Assembly: GCA_963847625.1 (NCBI GenBank)
Contig: CAWKAR010000038.1
Coordinates: 32,001 to 96,000, forward strand
Reading direction: 5' to 3'
DNA: 64,000 bases
Source of the DNA: a candidate division FCPU426 bacterium
GTDB taxonomy: Bacteria; Oederibacteriota; Muellerivitia; Muellerivitales; Muellerivitaceae
The notes under the pieces: generated by a model
What the model saw: only the letters and a program-made list of their open reading frames with translations
What the model was told of the DNA's origin: nothing
The model's database searches: none
Program-made: the position numbers and the translations under genes
Shown here: piece by piece, positions 52,056-62,296 of the stretch
Numbering within the stretch: the stretch's first letter is position 1
Layout of the letters: every line of letters begins with the position of its first letter

Positions 52056-53156
52056 ATGAGTTTTTTTTCAAAAGGAATTGTGGGTTTGGATATTGGCACT
52101 TCAAGTGTCAAGGTGATTCAATTAAAACAAAATGCTGGACAATGGCGATTAGTTTCAATGGGTATATCTGAACTTCCAAAAGAAATTCAAGAAAACAATA
52201 ATCAAGACACAACGAAAAATATAATGGTTGATACCATTAAAAAACTTTTTAAAGTAAGTGGAATTAATACCAAAAAAGTTGTGACTGCTTTATCCGGCGA
52301 CTCAGTGATTATACGTTATGTAAAATTGCCCTTTATGACTACTGAAGAATTACGTGGAGCAATTCCTCGAGAAGCCGAACAATACATTCCGCTAAATTTA
52401 GATCAAGTAGTTCTTGATTTTCAAATTTTGGGAGAATCCCAGGAAGACGGACAAAAAAAGTTGGATGTATTATTAGTCGCGGCAAAGGTTGATGTGGTTG
52501 ATCAACATTTATCTCTTTTGAAATCGATTGGATTAACACCTTTGATTATTGATGTTGATGCTTTTGCATTGGAAAATGCTTATGAAATTAATCGAACTGA
52601 ACAAGGAGAAGAAACGGTTGCTTTGATTAATTTAGGGGCGTCTTTGACAACTATTAATATTCTCGAAGGAAAGAACACTCGATTTACTCGGGATATTCCA
52701 GTGGCTGGAAATGATTTTACAAAAGAGATACAAAAAGAATTCAATTTGAAATTTTCCGAAGCTGAAGAGCTAAAGAAATCTCACGGGGCAATTTCAATGG
52801 AAGAAGATGATTTTAATTTATCCGCAATCACTCAAAAAGATGATAGGGTTTTAAGAATGTCGGATGTAATGACTCCTGTGTTAAACAAATTATTAGGAGA
52901 AATACGACGTTCATTTGATTATTATGAAACACAATCACGAAAAAAAACAGTGGAACGAGTGATCCTTTTAGGAGGAAGCGCGAAGTTAAAAAATGTAAAT
53001 AGGTTTTTAGCCAGCAAGTTGGGAATACCTGTTGAGAATTTCGCTGCTTTTAGGAATATCGAGGTTGGTAAAAATATCGACTCGGAACAACTTTCTGAAA
53101 AAGAGGTTTACATGGGAGTTTGCTTAGGATTGGCACTTCGGCAGACGGAATCCTAA
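52056..53156 (+). CDS. pilM: Type IV pilus assembly protein PilM
   Basis: VGLDIGTSSVK, EAEQYIP, LLVAAK, EIRRSFDYY. Confidence 0.95.
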   Translation: MSFFSKGIVGLDIGTSSVKVIQLKQNAGQWRLVSMGISELPKEIQENNNQDTTKNIMVDTIKKLFKVSGINTKKVVTALSGDSVIIRYVKLPFMTTEELRGAIPREAEQYIPLNLDQVVLDFQILGESQEDGQKKLDVLLVAAKVDVVDQHLSLLKSIGLTPLIIDVDAFALENAYEINRTEQGEETVALINLGASLTTINILEGKNTRFTRDIPVAGNDFTKEIQKEFNLKFSEAEELKKSHGAISMEEDDFNLSAITQKDDRVLRMSDVMTPVLNKLLGEIRRSFDYYETQSRKKTVERVILLGGSAKLKNVNRFLASKLGIPVENFAAFRNIEVGKNIDSEQLSEKEVYMGVCLGLALRQTES

Positions 53157-53159
53157 TAC

Positions 53160-53705
53160 ATGATAAGAATAAATCTCATACCGATTAAGGAAAAAAAGAA
53201 ACGTAAGGAGTTGTTCATAATAGTCTGCGTGGTTGCTGTGTTGGTTATCATCGCCATAGGTATGGCTTGGGTATATGGACTTCGCATGAGCGCTAGAGAA
53301 AATATAAAAAAAGAGATCAAGCAAGTTGATGATGAATCAAAGGAATATGAAGAAAAAATAAATGAAGAAAAAGATCTTGAGAATAAAGAAGCAAGTCTTG
53401 AAACTTTCAAGAAAACAGTCAAGAGTGTTACGGATACTCAAAAAAAAGTATTGATGGCCATGGATCAATTGGCATTGAACCTTCCGGATGGTGTCTGGCT
53501 TATGAAAATTACTCAAGGCAGGGATAAAGATAGCGAATTATATACGGTTGAAGGGTATTCTTATTCGGCTCATGACTTGCAAAATTACTTAAATTCTCTT
53601 CAAAAACCCGGAGGATTGTTTAAAGAAGTTCAACTTATAACAACAGAGAACATTTTATCGTCAAAATTTAAATTAACTGCCAGAGTTTTGGATACTAACT
53701 CATGA
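53160..53705 (+). CDS. pilN: Type IV pilus assembly protein PilN
   Basis: MIRINLIP, TM helix, coiled coil, LPDGVWL. Confidence 0.92.
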   Translation: MIRINLIPIKEKKKRKELFIIVCVVAVLVIIAIGMAWVYGLRMSARENIKKEIKQVDDESKEYEEKINEEKDLENKEASLETFKKTVKSVTDTQKKVLMAMDQLALNLPDGVWLMKITQGRDKDSELYTVEGYSYSAHDLQNYLNSLQKPGGLFKEVQLITTENILSSKFKLTARVLDTNS

Positions 53706-54247
53706 AAATTACACCTCTACAGCAATATATAATTTTAGGTGTTGCCGCTTTTGCTGGCTTGGTATTTTTATATTATCAATTTCTTCTCAAACCGATAAAT
53801 TCTGAAATCGCAAATTTAAAGACCACGTTGGAACAAAAACAGAAAGATTTGGAAGAGGCAAAAAAAATAGTAGCAAAATATGTTGAGTTTAAGAAAAGAG
53901 CGGATTCTGTTCAAAGGGAACTCGAATGGATTCAAAACAGGATTCCTAAGACCATTGACAGGGCAAAATTAATGGAAACGGTGAATTTGTTACAAAGCCG
54001 ATCTCGTGTTGTATTGACTAATTTTACATTTTCGGGGAATCCCATAGCTAGAGACTCATGGGTTGAAGTCCCTGTAAAATTAAATTTCACTTCAAGTTAT
54101 AAAGGACTTCTGGATTTTTTATATCAAGTTAATATATCCAATCTGCTTATGATTGTAAGGGATGTGACGATAAGTCAACAGTTAGATCCTTTTGGAAATT
54201 ATACCCTAAAAGCTGAATTGTCTTTAAATGGGATTCAAGCGAAATGA
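53702..54247 (+). CDS. pilO: Type IV pilus assembly protein PilO
   Basis: TM helix, coiled coil, EVPV..SYKGLLDFL; position after pilN. Confidence 0.88.
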   Translation: MKITPLQQYIILGVAAFAGLVFLYYQFLLKPINSEIANLKTTLEQKQKDLEEAKKIVAKYVEFKKRADSVQRELEWIQNRIPKTIDRAKLMETVNLLQSRSRVVLTNFTFSGNPIARDSWVEVPVKLNFTSSYKGLLDFLYQVNISNLLMIVRDVTISQQLDPFGNYTLKAELSLNGIQAK

Positions 54248-54702
54248 ATAATTCATTGAAAACAAATATAAAACTTATTCTGGCCATGGATGTTGGATTA
54301 GGAATGATTGCTTATTTTCCCGTGTTGGCTCAACAACAAGACGTTCCGGAGCCGGTTTTCATGAATTTTTCTATTCAATCTCCCTATATTCCGTCTTATC
54401 ATGGAAGGGACCCTTTCTATCCGTTACAGTCGATTTCTTACGACATTTCTAAAAAGGTATCTATCGCCGATTTGGATTATCGAGGGATTTTAAGTTTAGG
54501 TGATAAAGATATAGCATTATTTTCTTGGAAACAAGATTCAACATATAGGTTTTTATTAAAATCAAGAAAACTTTACTGTAGTTCAAATAGTACAAAAAGT
54601 TCAAAAGAACAGGTTGTGGATGGGATTGTAGGCGATATTAAAAGTTCCGAAGTGATCTTATTACAAGGCGATCAAAAAATAGTTTTTTCTCGAAGAAAAT
54701 AA
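54244..54702 (+). CDS. pilP: PilP-like protein
   Basis: YxGRDPF motif and GIL; lies between pilO and pilQ. Confidence 0.65.
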   Translation: MNNSLKTNIKLILAMDVGLGMIAYFPVLAQQQDVPEPVFMNFSIQSPYIPSYHGRDPFYPLQSISYDISKKVSIADLDYRGILSLGDKDIALFSWKQDSTYRFLLKSRKLYCSSNSTKSSKEQVVDGIVGDIKSSEVILLQGDQKIVFSRRK

Positions 54703-54715
54703 AGGAGTTTCATTA

Positions 54716-57136
54716 ATGCCAAGGGCATACTCAAGGTCGGTTTGTGTTTTGGGTTTTATATTGATATTTTTCATCCCATGTTTCCTTACTTGGGCAGATG
54801 AAGCTATAGAAATTGATTTGGGAAATAACACTTCTACGTCCAAATCAACTCCGACTACGCCCAAATTAACTCCGACTCAGGTTATGCCCAATAAAATTAT
54901 TTCTAAACAAAATAAACCCAGTCTAGAAAAAACAACAAACTCTTCAGTTGCAGTTAATAAATCTGGAAAGATTACAAAACCTTACGTCAACCAAGTTAGT
55001 GTTGATGTGGAGAGTGGCAAAACAAAAGTACTCATCACAGGAAAAGGCCTTACGAAACCTGATGTTTCAATGACTTCTCAAGGAGGAATATTAATTAAAT
55101 TTAAAAATACGAAATTGAAAATAGCGAAAAGTATAAAAGAAAACAAAAAAAGTATAAAAACAATAAGATCTTCCATTCACGGAACAACTGCCTGGATTGT
55201 TATTGACACCGAAGGAGTTAAAACCGCAAGAGCTGAAAAAATTGTTGACGGGTTCTCTATTGTGCTAAACACGACAAATCAACCGGAGATTGAGGGAAGT
55301 TCAACGGAAAAAGGTTCTTTTGCGAATGACAAAACACCAACATCTTCTTATATGGAAAAAAGAATATTTTCCCGTCTTACGGATATTTCAATAAAACCAA
55401 TTGATAAAGGGATAAAAGTTGTTTTAACATCCGACGGACCTGCAAAATACAACGTCCGTAAACTCGGTCAACCTGAAAGATTAGTTGTATGGTTTCATAA
55501 CACGAAGTTGGATGTTTCCCAAAAAGGGAAGGTATTCAAAAATAATGACATGGAAATGCAAAAAGGCGGATTAATTTCGATGGAATTGAGGCAAATTGGT
55601 TTGGGCTTTTCTCCCATTTCGGACATAACTTTAATGGTTATTCCTGGAACGGTTTATAAAGTCGACAGGGATTTAAATCAAGTCATCATTACCTTAGTTC
55701 CTCCTTTTTCCGCGGAAAAATCAGGGGGGAATGAAAATCCGGTTGAAAAGAGGGGAAATTTAAATCAATTAGTTTCCATGGATCTTGAATCTGCGGATTT
55801 AAGCACAGTATTGAAAAATATTGCTGTTGAGTCTGGTTTTAGCAACGTTGACTTTGTAGGCGGCGCTATTTTTGGGGTTGTAAATGAGAAATTTAAGGAT
55901 GTGCCTTTAAAAACCGCATTAGCTATTTTATTAACCCCTGGAAATTACGATTATGAGGTCCAAGGAAATACCTTAAGAATTGGACCGATTTCGTCCCTTC
56001 AGAACACAAAGAAAATTATGCCGCATGTCACGGAAATTTTAAGCCCTTCAGGGGGTATGAATCTTGGTCAGTTCGATGGTTTGGTCAGGTCCATTTTAAG
56101 TCCGACGAATGCTGTCTCAATTACCCAAGACGCAGTGCGGAATGTTTTGGTTTTAAATGGAACTGTTTCTGATATTGAAGAATATAAAAGAGCCATTAAA
56201 GATTTAAAGCTTGATGAAAATGCCTCTGGCGACAGGATTACTCGAGTCGTTAAGTTAAATTATGCTGATCCCACACAAATGATTGATATCCTGGGACAAT
56301 ATTTGACGCCTGTCGGAAAGGTGAAACAAGATCCACGGACTAATAACCTGGTTATATGGGAAGTTGCAAGTAATATGGGTGTTCTTTTGGAGTTGATCAA
56401 GGAAATTGATGTCAAATCCCCACAAGTTTTACTTGAGACAAATATGGTTGAAGTCCAAGATGAGAGGGATTTGAATATTGGGGTTTCTTTGTCGCTGGCG
56501 AGAAATATTGGTGATCCAAAAGTAAATGCAAATTACATTAATCCCGATAGCCAAGGGTTTCCGGGCTTTTTTGGGATCCAAACGCTTAGAAGCGGTCTTG
56601 ATATCAATGCCCAAATTTCGGCGGCGGAAGCTAGAAAAAAGGCAAAGATTATTTCCCGGCCCAGGGTTGCCACAGCCAATGGGGTTGCAGCAGAAATTGA
56701 CACGGTTGAAAACGTTGTTATAGTAAACACAACACAGAATATAAATGGAAACTTAACAACAAACCAAACGACCTTTACTCAATTGCCGCTTCCAATCTCA
56801 TTAAAGGTAACACCTCGGATTACTGACGATGGTAGAATTACAACCAATTTGGCTGTGACAGTCACTTCTGCGACGGGACCTATTGTTAGTGGGCCAAACG
56901 GGGCCCAGGGGCCCCCACCAACGAGTGTTCAGGATACCAACACTACAATAACGACAAAAAACGGAGAAACTATCGTTATTGGAGGCCTTGTCCGTTATAC
57001 GGTTAATGATACAGTGAATGGAATTCCTCTTTTATCGAGTTTGCCTATCATTGGTACCCTTTTCCAAAACCGGACTTATACTAATCAGAAAGTAGAATTG
57101 GTGATATTTATAACTCCCACCTTATTGGAAGATTAA
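54716..57136 (+). CDS. pilQ: Type IV pilus secretin with AMIN-like N-terminal domains
   Basis: LNYAD, DPRTNNL, PQVLLE, LKVTPRI, GETIVIGGL, GIPLLSSLPIIGTLF, ELVIFITP. Confidence 0.93.
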   Translation: MPRAYSRSVCVLGFILIFFIPCFLTWADEAIEIDLGNNTSTSKSTPTTPKLTPTQVMPNKIISKQNKPSLEKTTNSSVAVNKSGKITKPYVNQVSVDVESGKTKVLITGKGLTKPDVSMTSQGGILIKFKNTKLKIAKSIKENKKSIKTIRSSIHGTTAWIVIDTEGVKTARAEKIVDGFSIVLNTTNQPEIEGSSTEKGSFANDKTPTSSYMEKRIFSRLTDISIKPIDKGIKVVLTSDGPAKYNVRKLGQPERLVVWFHNTKLDVSQKGKVFKNNDMEMQKGGLISMELRQIGLGFSPISDITLMVIPGTVYKVDRDLNQVIITLVPPFSAEKSGGNENPVEKRGNLNQLVSMDLESADLSTVLKNIAVESGFSNVDFVGGAIFGVVNEKFKDVPLKTALAILLTPGNYDYEVQGNTLRIGPISSLQNTKKIMPHVTEILSPSGGMNLGQFDGLVRSILSPTNAVSITQDAVRNVLVLNGTVSDIEEYKRAIKDLKLDENASGDRITRVVKLNYADPTQMIDILGQYLTPVGKVKQDPRTNNLVIWEVASNMGVLLELIKEIDVKSPQVLLETNMVEVQDERDLNIGVSLSLARNIGDPKVNANYINPDSQGFPGFFGIQTLRSGLDINAQISAAEARKKAKIISRPRVATANGVAAEIDTVENVVIVNTTQNINGNLTTNQTTFTQLPLPISLKVTPRITDDGRITTNLAVTVTSATGPIVSGPNGAQGPPPTSVQDTNTTITTKNGETIVIGGLVRYTVNDTVNGIPLLSSLPIIGTLFQNRTYTNQKVELVIFITPTLLED

Positions 57137-57158
57137 TTTTTTCCATGTTTGGCAATTC

Positions 57159-57194
57159 ATAAGCGCCTTCATCATAAAGGCGCTTATTTTTTTT
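57159..57194 (+). terminator. Rho-independent terminator after pilQ
   Basis: ATAAGCGCCTT-loop-AAGGCGCTTAT followed by a T-run. Confidence 0.8.
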
Positions 57195-57292
57195 GACTTA
57201 TAATGTTGTTAAACTAAGAAGAAATAACATTAAATTGTCGATTCGAATCTTAAATGTAACTTCATTTAAAAAAATAAGAAAAGGATGAAATC

Positions 57293-58456
57293 TTGGGTAT
57301 TCGTTTTTTGACGGCTGGTGAGTCACACGGAAAAGGCCTTGTTGCCATTTTGGAGGGTTTCCCGGCGAACCTTTTTGTTACTGCGGAGAATATCAATTCG
57401 GAACTAATTCGCCGTCAAAAAGGATATGGGCGCGGCGGAAGAATGAAGATAGAAAAAGACCAAGTGGAAATATTTTCCGGTGTGAAAAAGGGTTTGACGT
57501 TGGGTTCGCCTATCGCTTTTTTGATTAAAAATATGGATTATGAAAATTGGGAAAAAATAATGACACCTGATCCGGGTGATATCCGGCACATGAATTCCTT
57601 ATATCGCCCGAGGCCTGGGCATGCCGATCTTCCTGGCGGCATAAAATATAATCAGCATGATTTAAGAAATATATTGGAGAGAGCCAGCGCAAGGGAGACG
57701 ACCATCCGGGTTGCGGCGGGCGCTGTGGCAAAGAAGTTTTTAAGCGATTTTGGCATTCACGTTCAAAGCCATGTAATCCAATTAGGGCCCGCTAAAGTCA
57801 AGAATCAAAATATACCCTTTTCCAGGTTGAATAAATTGGCGGATCGTTCTCCCGTCAGAATATTGCAAAAAAATGTTGAAAAAAAAGCCATGCATCAAAT
57901 CAATCGAGCAAGAGAAACCGGCGATACTCTGGGCGGAGTTTTTGAAATCATAGCAACCGGTGTTCCGATAGGTCTGGGCAGTCACGTGCATTGGGATCGA
58001 AAGTTGGATGCTCGCTTAGCACATTCAATGATGAGTATACAAGCCGTAAAAGGGGTTGAAATCGGGCAAGGTTTTGAGAATGCCGGAAAATTCGGATCAG
58101 AAGTTCATGATGAAATTGCTTTTAATAAAAAAAAAGGATTTTATCATCTCACAAACCGGGCCGGGGGAATAGAGGGTGGAATTTCAAACGGGGAGCCGAT
58201 TGTGGTGCGTGTTGCCAAGAAGCCCATCTCCACTCTTCGTCGGCCTCTTCGCTCAATTGATATACGATCAAAGGAAAAAATCAGTGCTGCTTATGAAAGA
58301 TCTGATGTATGCGCTTTACCAGCCGCTTCGATCATTGGGGAGGCTATTTGCGCATGGGTTCTTGCGGATTCCTTTTTAGAGAAATTTGGCGGGGATTTTA
58401 TGGAAGAAATCCACAAGCGTTATCAATTGTATTTAACGCATATCAAAAGGTACTAA
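57293..58456 (+). CDS. aroC: Chorismate synthase
   Basis: TAGESHG, RRQKGYGRG, RPGHAD, ERASARET, GGIEGGISNG, ERSDVC. Confidence 0.97.
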   Translation: MGIRFLTAGESHGKGLVAILEGFPANLFVTAENINSELIRRQKGYGRGGRMKIEKDQVEIFSGVKKGLTLGSPIAFLIKNMDYENWEKIMTPDPGDIRHMNSLYRPRPGHADLPGGIKYNQHDLRNILERASARETTIRVAAGAVAKKFLSDFGIHVQSHVIQLGPAKVKNQNIPFSRLNKLADRSPVRILQKNVEKKAMHQINRARETGDTLGGVFEIIATGVPIGLGSHVHWDRKLDARLAHSMMSIQAVKGVEIGQGFENAGKFGSEVHDEIAFNKKKGFYHLTNRAGGIEGGISNGEPIVVRVAKKPISTLRRPLRSIDIRSKEKISAAYERSDVCALPAASIIGEAICAWVLADSFLEKFGGDFMEEIHKRYQLYLTHIKRY

Positions 58457-58464
58457 ACCCTCTA

Positions 58465-59007
58465 ATGCATTCCCATGAAAATGTAATCCTAATAGGTTTT
58501 ATGGGCTCGGGAAAGACTTCTACGGGAAAAGAACTAGCCCCATTACTTCAATACGGTTTTTGGGATATCGATCAGTGGATTGAAGAAAAAATGAAAAAAA
58601 AAATACATGAACTTTTTCACGACGAAGGTGAATTATTTTTTCGCGAGAAGGAAAAAGAAGCTATTCATTGGTTCGATGGAAAGAAAAAATATGTGATTTC
58701 TACAGGCGGGGGTATTTGGATAAATGAGGAAAACCGCAAACAACTGCTGGATAAGGGTTTATGTGTTTGGTTAAAAGTTTCACCGCAGCAGGCTTTGAAT
58801 AGAATTGTACACAGTTTATCACAGAGACCTTTGTTGGCCAGGGAACCGGATCCGTTAAAAGTGATTGAAAAAATGATGGAAGAAAGGAATGTTTTTTATA
58901 GCCAAGCTCACATATCAATCAATACCGATGGGAAACAGCCGAAAGAAGTCGCTCTTGAGATACAAAAAATATTAAATAACCAGAAAAATTGTTGGGAAAT
59001 AAATTAG
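58465..59007 (+). CDS. aroK: Shikimate kinase
   Basis: LIGFMGSGKTSTG, GELFFRE, ISTGGG, RPLL. Confidence 0.95.
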   Translation: MHSHENVILIGFMGSGKTSTGKELAPLLQYGFWDIDQWIEEKMKKKIHELFHDEGELFFREKEKEAIHWFDGKKKYVISTGGGIWINEENRKQLLDKGLCVWLKVSPQQALNRIVHSLSQRPLLAREPDPLKVIEKMMEERNVFYSQAHISINTDGKQPKEVALEIQKILNNQKNCWEIN

Positions 59008-59370
59008 GTAAAGAACAATCTATCAGTCAATTCATCTGTTAAAAATAAAATTAATTACCGCCCTGTTTAACGGACCAAAGTTGCGCAGAATGATAGAATT
59101 AGAAACTAAAAAATTAGTAATCAAATGCCAAAAAGGATTTATTTTATAGACGCTTTTTTGCCATCATTGCTTAATGTGCTCAGAGTAATTTTCAGTATAA
59201 AGACATATCTGTTTGGAACTTCTCATGGGCGGGAAGCCAAGTAACTGATAAGTCATCTGCCGGAATAAGTCTATCAGGTCAATTAGTAACATGACCCCAC
59301 TCGTTATTTCAACGAATCTTAGAGAATTTGGTTTTAGTATGTTCTATTATCAAAATTGTAAATTCTTTAA

Positions 59371-61073
59371 CCCGGATTTCCCAGATGAAATTACCTTTCG
59401 AGTATAATAAGGCGTCGTTTGGCCATACAAACAAAGGTTTTTCTTCACTTTGGGGACCACGAGAGGGGGGAATGCAATGGGTGAAAGGGGAAAAGACGCT
59501 CTTCGGGTGGTTTTTGATCCTGGTCTCAAGCTGGAGTTCCATGGCGCGAAGGTCACTTCCGATGGCGGGTTGATTCCCTATCGTGAACTCGATGAAGCCT
59601 TTGGTTTGACTGACAGAACGGAAAACCTTCTGAGGGATCGGCGAACCGGCAAGAATACGCAACATACGATGACGGCGCTTTTGCGGCAATCAATCTACAG
59701 CCGCCTAGCCGGTTACGAGGACACCAACGACGCAGAACGATTGAGTGTTGATCCGGCGATGCGGCATGTGATCGGAGGACGGGCCAAGGAAAAACAAGCT
59801 GCCTCCACCAGCCAGATGGGACGTTTCGAGACGGAAGTTCTCACCCAGTCGAAGAACCAGACCGGTCTGATTGACCTATCTGGCCAATGGATTGATGGTG
59901 TCCATGAAAAAAAGCCCATCCAGCAGATTATTCTCGACATGGACAGCTCCGTGAGTGAAACCTACGGGGACCAAGAAGGTTCCTTGTACAACGGTTACTT
60001 CGGCTGTACCTGTTACCATCCCCTGTTTTGTTTCAACCAGTTTGGCGATTTGGAACGGGCAATGTTGCGCAACGGCAATGTGGCCAGCGCCCACGAGTGG
60101 CGGTCGGTTCTTGAACCAGTGGTTGTCCGTTATCGGGGTCTTTCCATCAGCCGTTTTTTCCGGGGTGACGCGGCCTTCGCCCGTCAGGAACTATACGAGT
60201 ACCTAGAAGACGAAGGATACCTTTATGCGATCCGCCAACCCGCCAATGGCGTGCTACAAAGAGAAATTGAGCCATTTTTGACCCGTCCCGTGGGCCGCCC
60301 TTCCCACAAGCCGGTTGTCCGGTATCACAGCTTCCAATACCAAGCCGTCAGCTGGGACAAACCCCGCCGCGTGGTGGCGAAGATTGAGCATCACAACGGC
60401 GAACTTTTCCCGAGGGTGGGTTTCATCGTGACGAACATGCGACGACCGGCACCCCAGGTGGTGAAGTTCTACAACGGAAGAGGTACGGCTGAGCAATGGA
60501 TCAAGGAGGGAAAGTACGCGATGAAGTGGACAAGACTAAGCTGCCACGACTTCGCGGACAACCAAGTAAGGTTGCAACTATTTGCACTGGCTTACAACTT
60601 GGGCAACTTCCTTCGCCGTCTAGCCCTGCCAGAACTGGTGAAGCATTGGTCGCTGACGACGTTGCGAGAAAAACTTATCAAAATCGGAGCTAACGTTATC
60701 CGCCATTCGCGGTACGTGGTTTTCCAGATGGCGGAGGTGATGGTTACCCAACGCCTGTTTGCTGAAATCCTTGGACGGATAAGGCTACTGGCGATGGTAA
60801 GGCCGCGAGCGCCAGTACTGCGATAACCGCAGGAACACTTCATGGCTTCAACCGGATCAACCATCGTGGGATAGGTGTGCGTTCACAACGAGAATTGGCT
60901 TTCTGGAAGGTCATTTTCAACTTTTTTGGGGCACAGAAACCCTTTTTTGGGCTCATTTCGCTGGCCTTGGGCCAGAAAATTCCGGATACGGGTGGAAGAA
61001 GCGGGGGGGGGAATATAATGAGAAACAAATTACCCGGCAATGTTTTCAGAGAAGGTCATCTGGGAAATTCCGG
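59371..61073 (+). mobile_element. IS1380-family insertion sequence, 1703 bp
   Basis: TIRs CCCGGATTTCCCAGATGA / TCATCTGGGAAATTCCGG (16/18); TTTAA direct repeat at 59366-59370 and 61074-61078. Confidence 0.92.
59477..60826 (+). CDS. IS1380-family transposase
   Basis: TSDGGL, GYEDTND, LDMDSS, YHPL, RGDAAF, FYNGRGTAEQWIKEGK, AYNL. Confidence 0.95.
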   Translation: MGERGKDALRVVFDPGLKLEFHGAKVTSDGGLIPYRELDEAFGLTDRTENLLRDRRTGKNTQHTMTALLRQSIYSRLAGYEDTNDAERLSVDPAMRHVIGGRAKEKQAASTSQMGRFETEVLTQSKNQTGLIDLSGQWIDGVHEKKPIQQIILDMDSSVSETYGDQEGSLYNGYFGCTCYHPLFCFNQFGDLERAMLRNGNVASAHEWRSVLEPVVVRYRGLSISRFFRGDAAFARQELYEYLEDEGYLYAIRQPANGVLQREIEPFLTRPVGRPSHKPVVRYHSFQYQAVSWDKPRRVVAKIEHHNGELFPRVGFIVTNMRRPAPQVVKFYNGRGTAEQWIKEGKYAMKWTRLSCHDFADNQVRLQLFALAYNLGNFLRRLALPELVKHWSLTTLREKLIKIGANVIRHSRYVVFQMAEVMVTQRLFAEILGRIRLLAMVRPRAPVLR

Positions 61074-61188
61074 TTTAAGGGCTTTATTAGTTGTAGTTTG
61101 AGTTGTTAGTTTGTTTTTGCTAAATTTTGAGGCTTGTCGCCATATCCGGAATGTGGATATTTTGCGAAAAAGTTGAGAGGCTGATTAG

Positions 61189-62292
61189 ATGAAAAAAATT
61201 ACCGTAAATATTAATAAAAACAAATATAACATCTTGATTCAAAAAGATATTTTGAGATATGCGCATAAATATATGCCGCATGTGATTTTTTCCGATAAAT
61301 TACTAATTCTTTCCACACATAATATTTACAAAAAGCACGGTTATAAATTATTAAAAAGTTTAAAAAAGATTGGTAAAAAAATTTATGTTTATCTGATCCC
61401 GGATGGAGAAATATTTAAGAATCAAAAATATTTATTTTCTGTATTAAACAAAATGTCGGAATTGGGATTTCAAAGGGATTCTTGCTTAATCGCACTAGGC
61501 GGCGGAGTTATAGGCGATTTAGGGGGTTTTGCCGCTTCGATTTATATGCGTGGAATCGAATTTGTCCAGTGCCCTACGACCTTGTTGGCCCAAGTTGACG
61601 CTAGTATTGGGGGCAAAACAGCCGTTGATTTTTATGGTATAAAAAATCTAATAGGTTCCTTTTACCAGCCAAAGATGGTTTTAGCCGATACTAAAGTTAT
61701 CAATACACTTACCGAAAGACAGTTTAGGACTGGTTTAGCCGAAATAATAAAACATGGAATTGTATTAGATCCTAAACTATTTTGTTATTTGGAGAAAAAT
61801 TTAAAAGTTGTTTTGAAACGTAATCCAATTATTATGCAAACTGTCATCGCAAGATCCTGCAAAATAAAGGCCCTGATAGTATCAGAGGATGAAAAAGAAG
61901 TAGGAAAAAGGATGTGGCTCAATTATGGCCATACACTAGGTCATGCATTAGAAGCTTATTATGGGTATCAATTATTAACTCACGGAGAAGCAGTGGCTTA
62001 TGGAATAAGATTCGCGTCTTTACTTTCGATTCATATGAGACTTTGCGATTCAACTGTTGTTGCCCGTCAATATGACTTGTTAAAAAGAGCTGGTTTATTT
62101 CGGAAAGTGCCAGCATTCGATAAAAATAAGATTTATCAGAAAATGTTTCTAGATAAGAAATCAAGAAAAGGTGGAATCCAATTTGTATTGACAAGAAAAA
62201 TAGGTCTTGTTAGCATTCAAGAAAATGTGCCAAAACCCGTTGTTTTTTCAGCTTTAAACCAACTTCAAGCTGAAGCAAGTGAGAATCATTAA
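61189..62292 (+). CDS. aroB: 3-dehydroquinate synthase
   Basis: GGGVIGDLGGFAAS, PTTLLAQVDASIGGKT, KNLIGSFYQP, LNYGHTLGHA, HGEAVA. Confidence 0.97.
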   Translation: MKKITVNINKNKYNILIQKDILRYAHKYMPHVIFSDKLLILSTHNIYKKHGYKLLKSLKKIGKKIYVYLIPDGEIFKNQKYLFSVLNKMSELGFQRDSCLIALGGGVIGDLGGFAASIYMRGIEFVQCPTTLLAQVDASIGGKTAVDFYGIKNLIGSFYQPKMVLADTKVINTLTERQFRTGLAEIIKHGIVLDPKLFCYLEKNLKVVLKRNPIIMQTVIARSCKIKALIVSEDEKEVGKRMWLNYGHTLGHALEAYYGYQLLTHGEAVAYGIRFASLLSIHMRLCDSTVVARQYDLLKRAGLFRKVPAFDKNKIYQKMFLDKKSRKGGIQFVLTRKIGLVSIQENVPKPVVFSALNQLQAEASENH

Positions 62293-62296
62293 AGAA

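Noticed and set aside
58309..58464. N-terminal extension of AroK
   Set aside because: It overlaps aroC; kinase homology begins after ATG 58465.
59008..59365. Small ORF or ncRNA in the long aroK-IS gap
   Set aside because: Only short ORFs (about 39 codons) with no recognisable motif or clear RBS, and no convincing structure.
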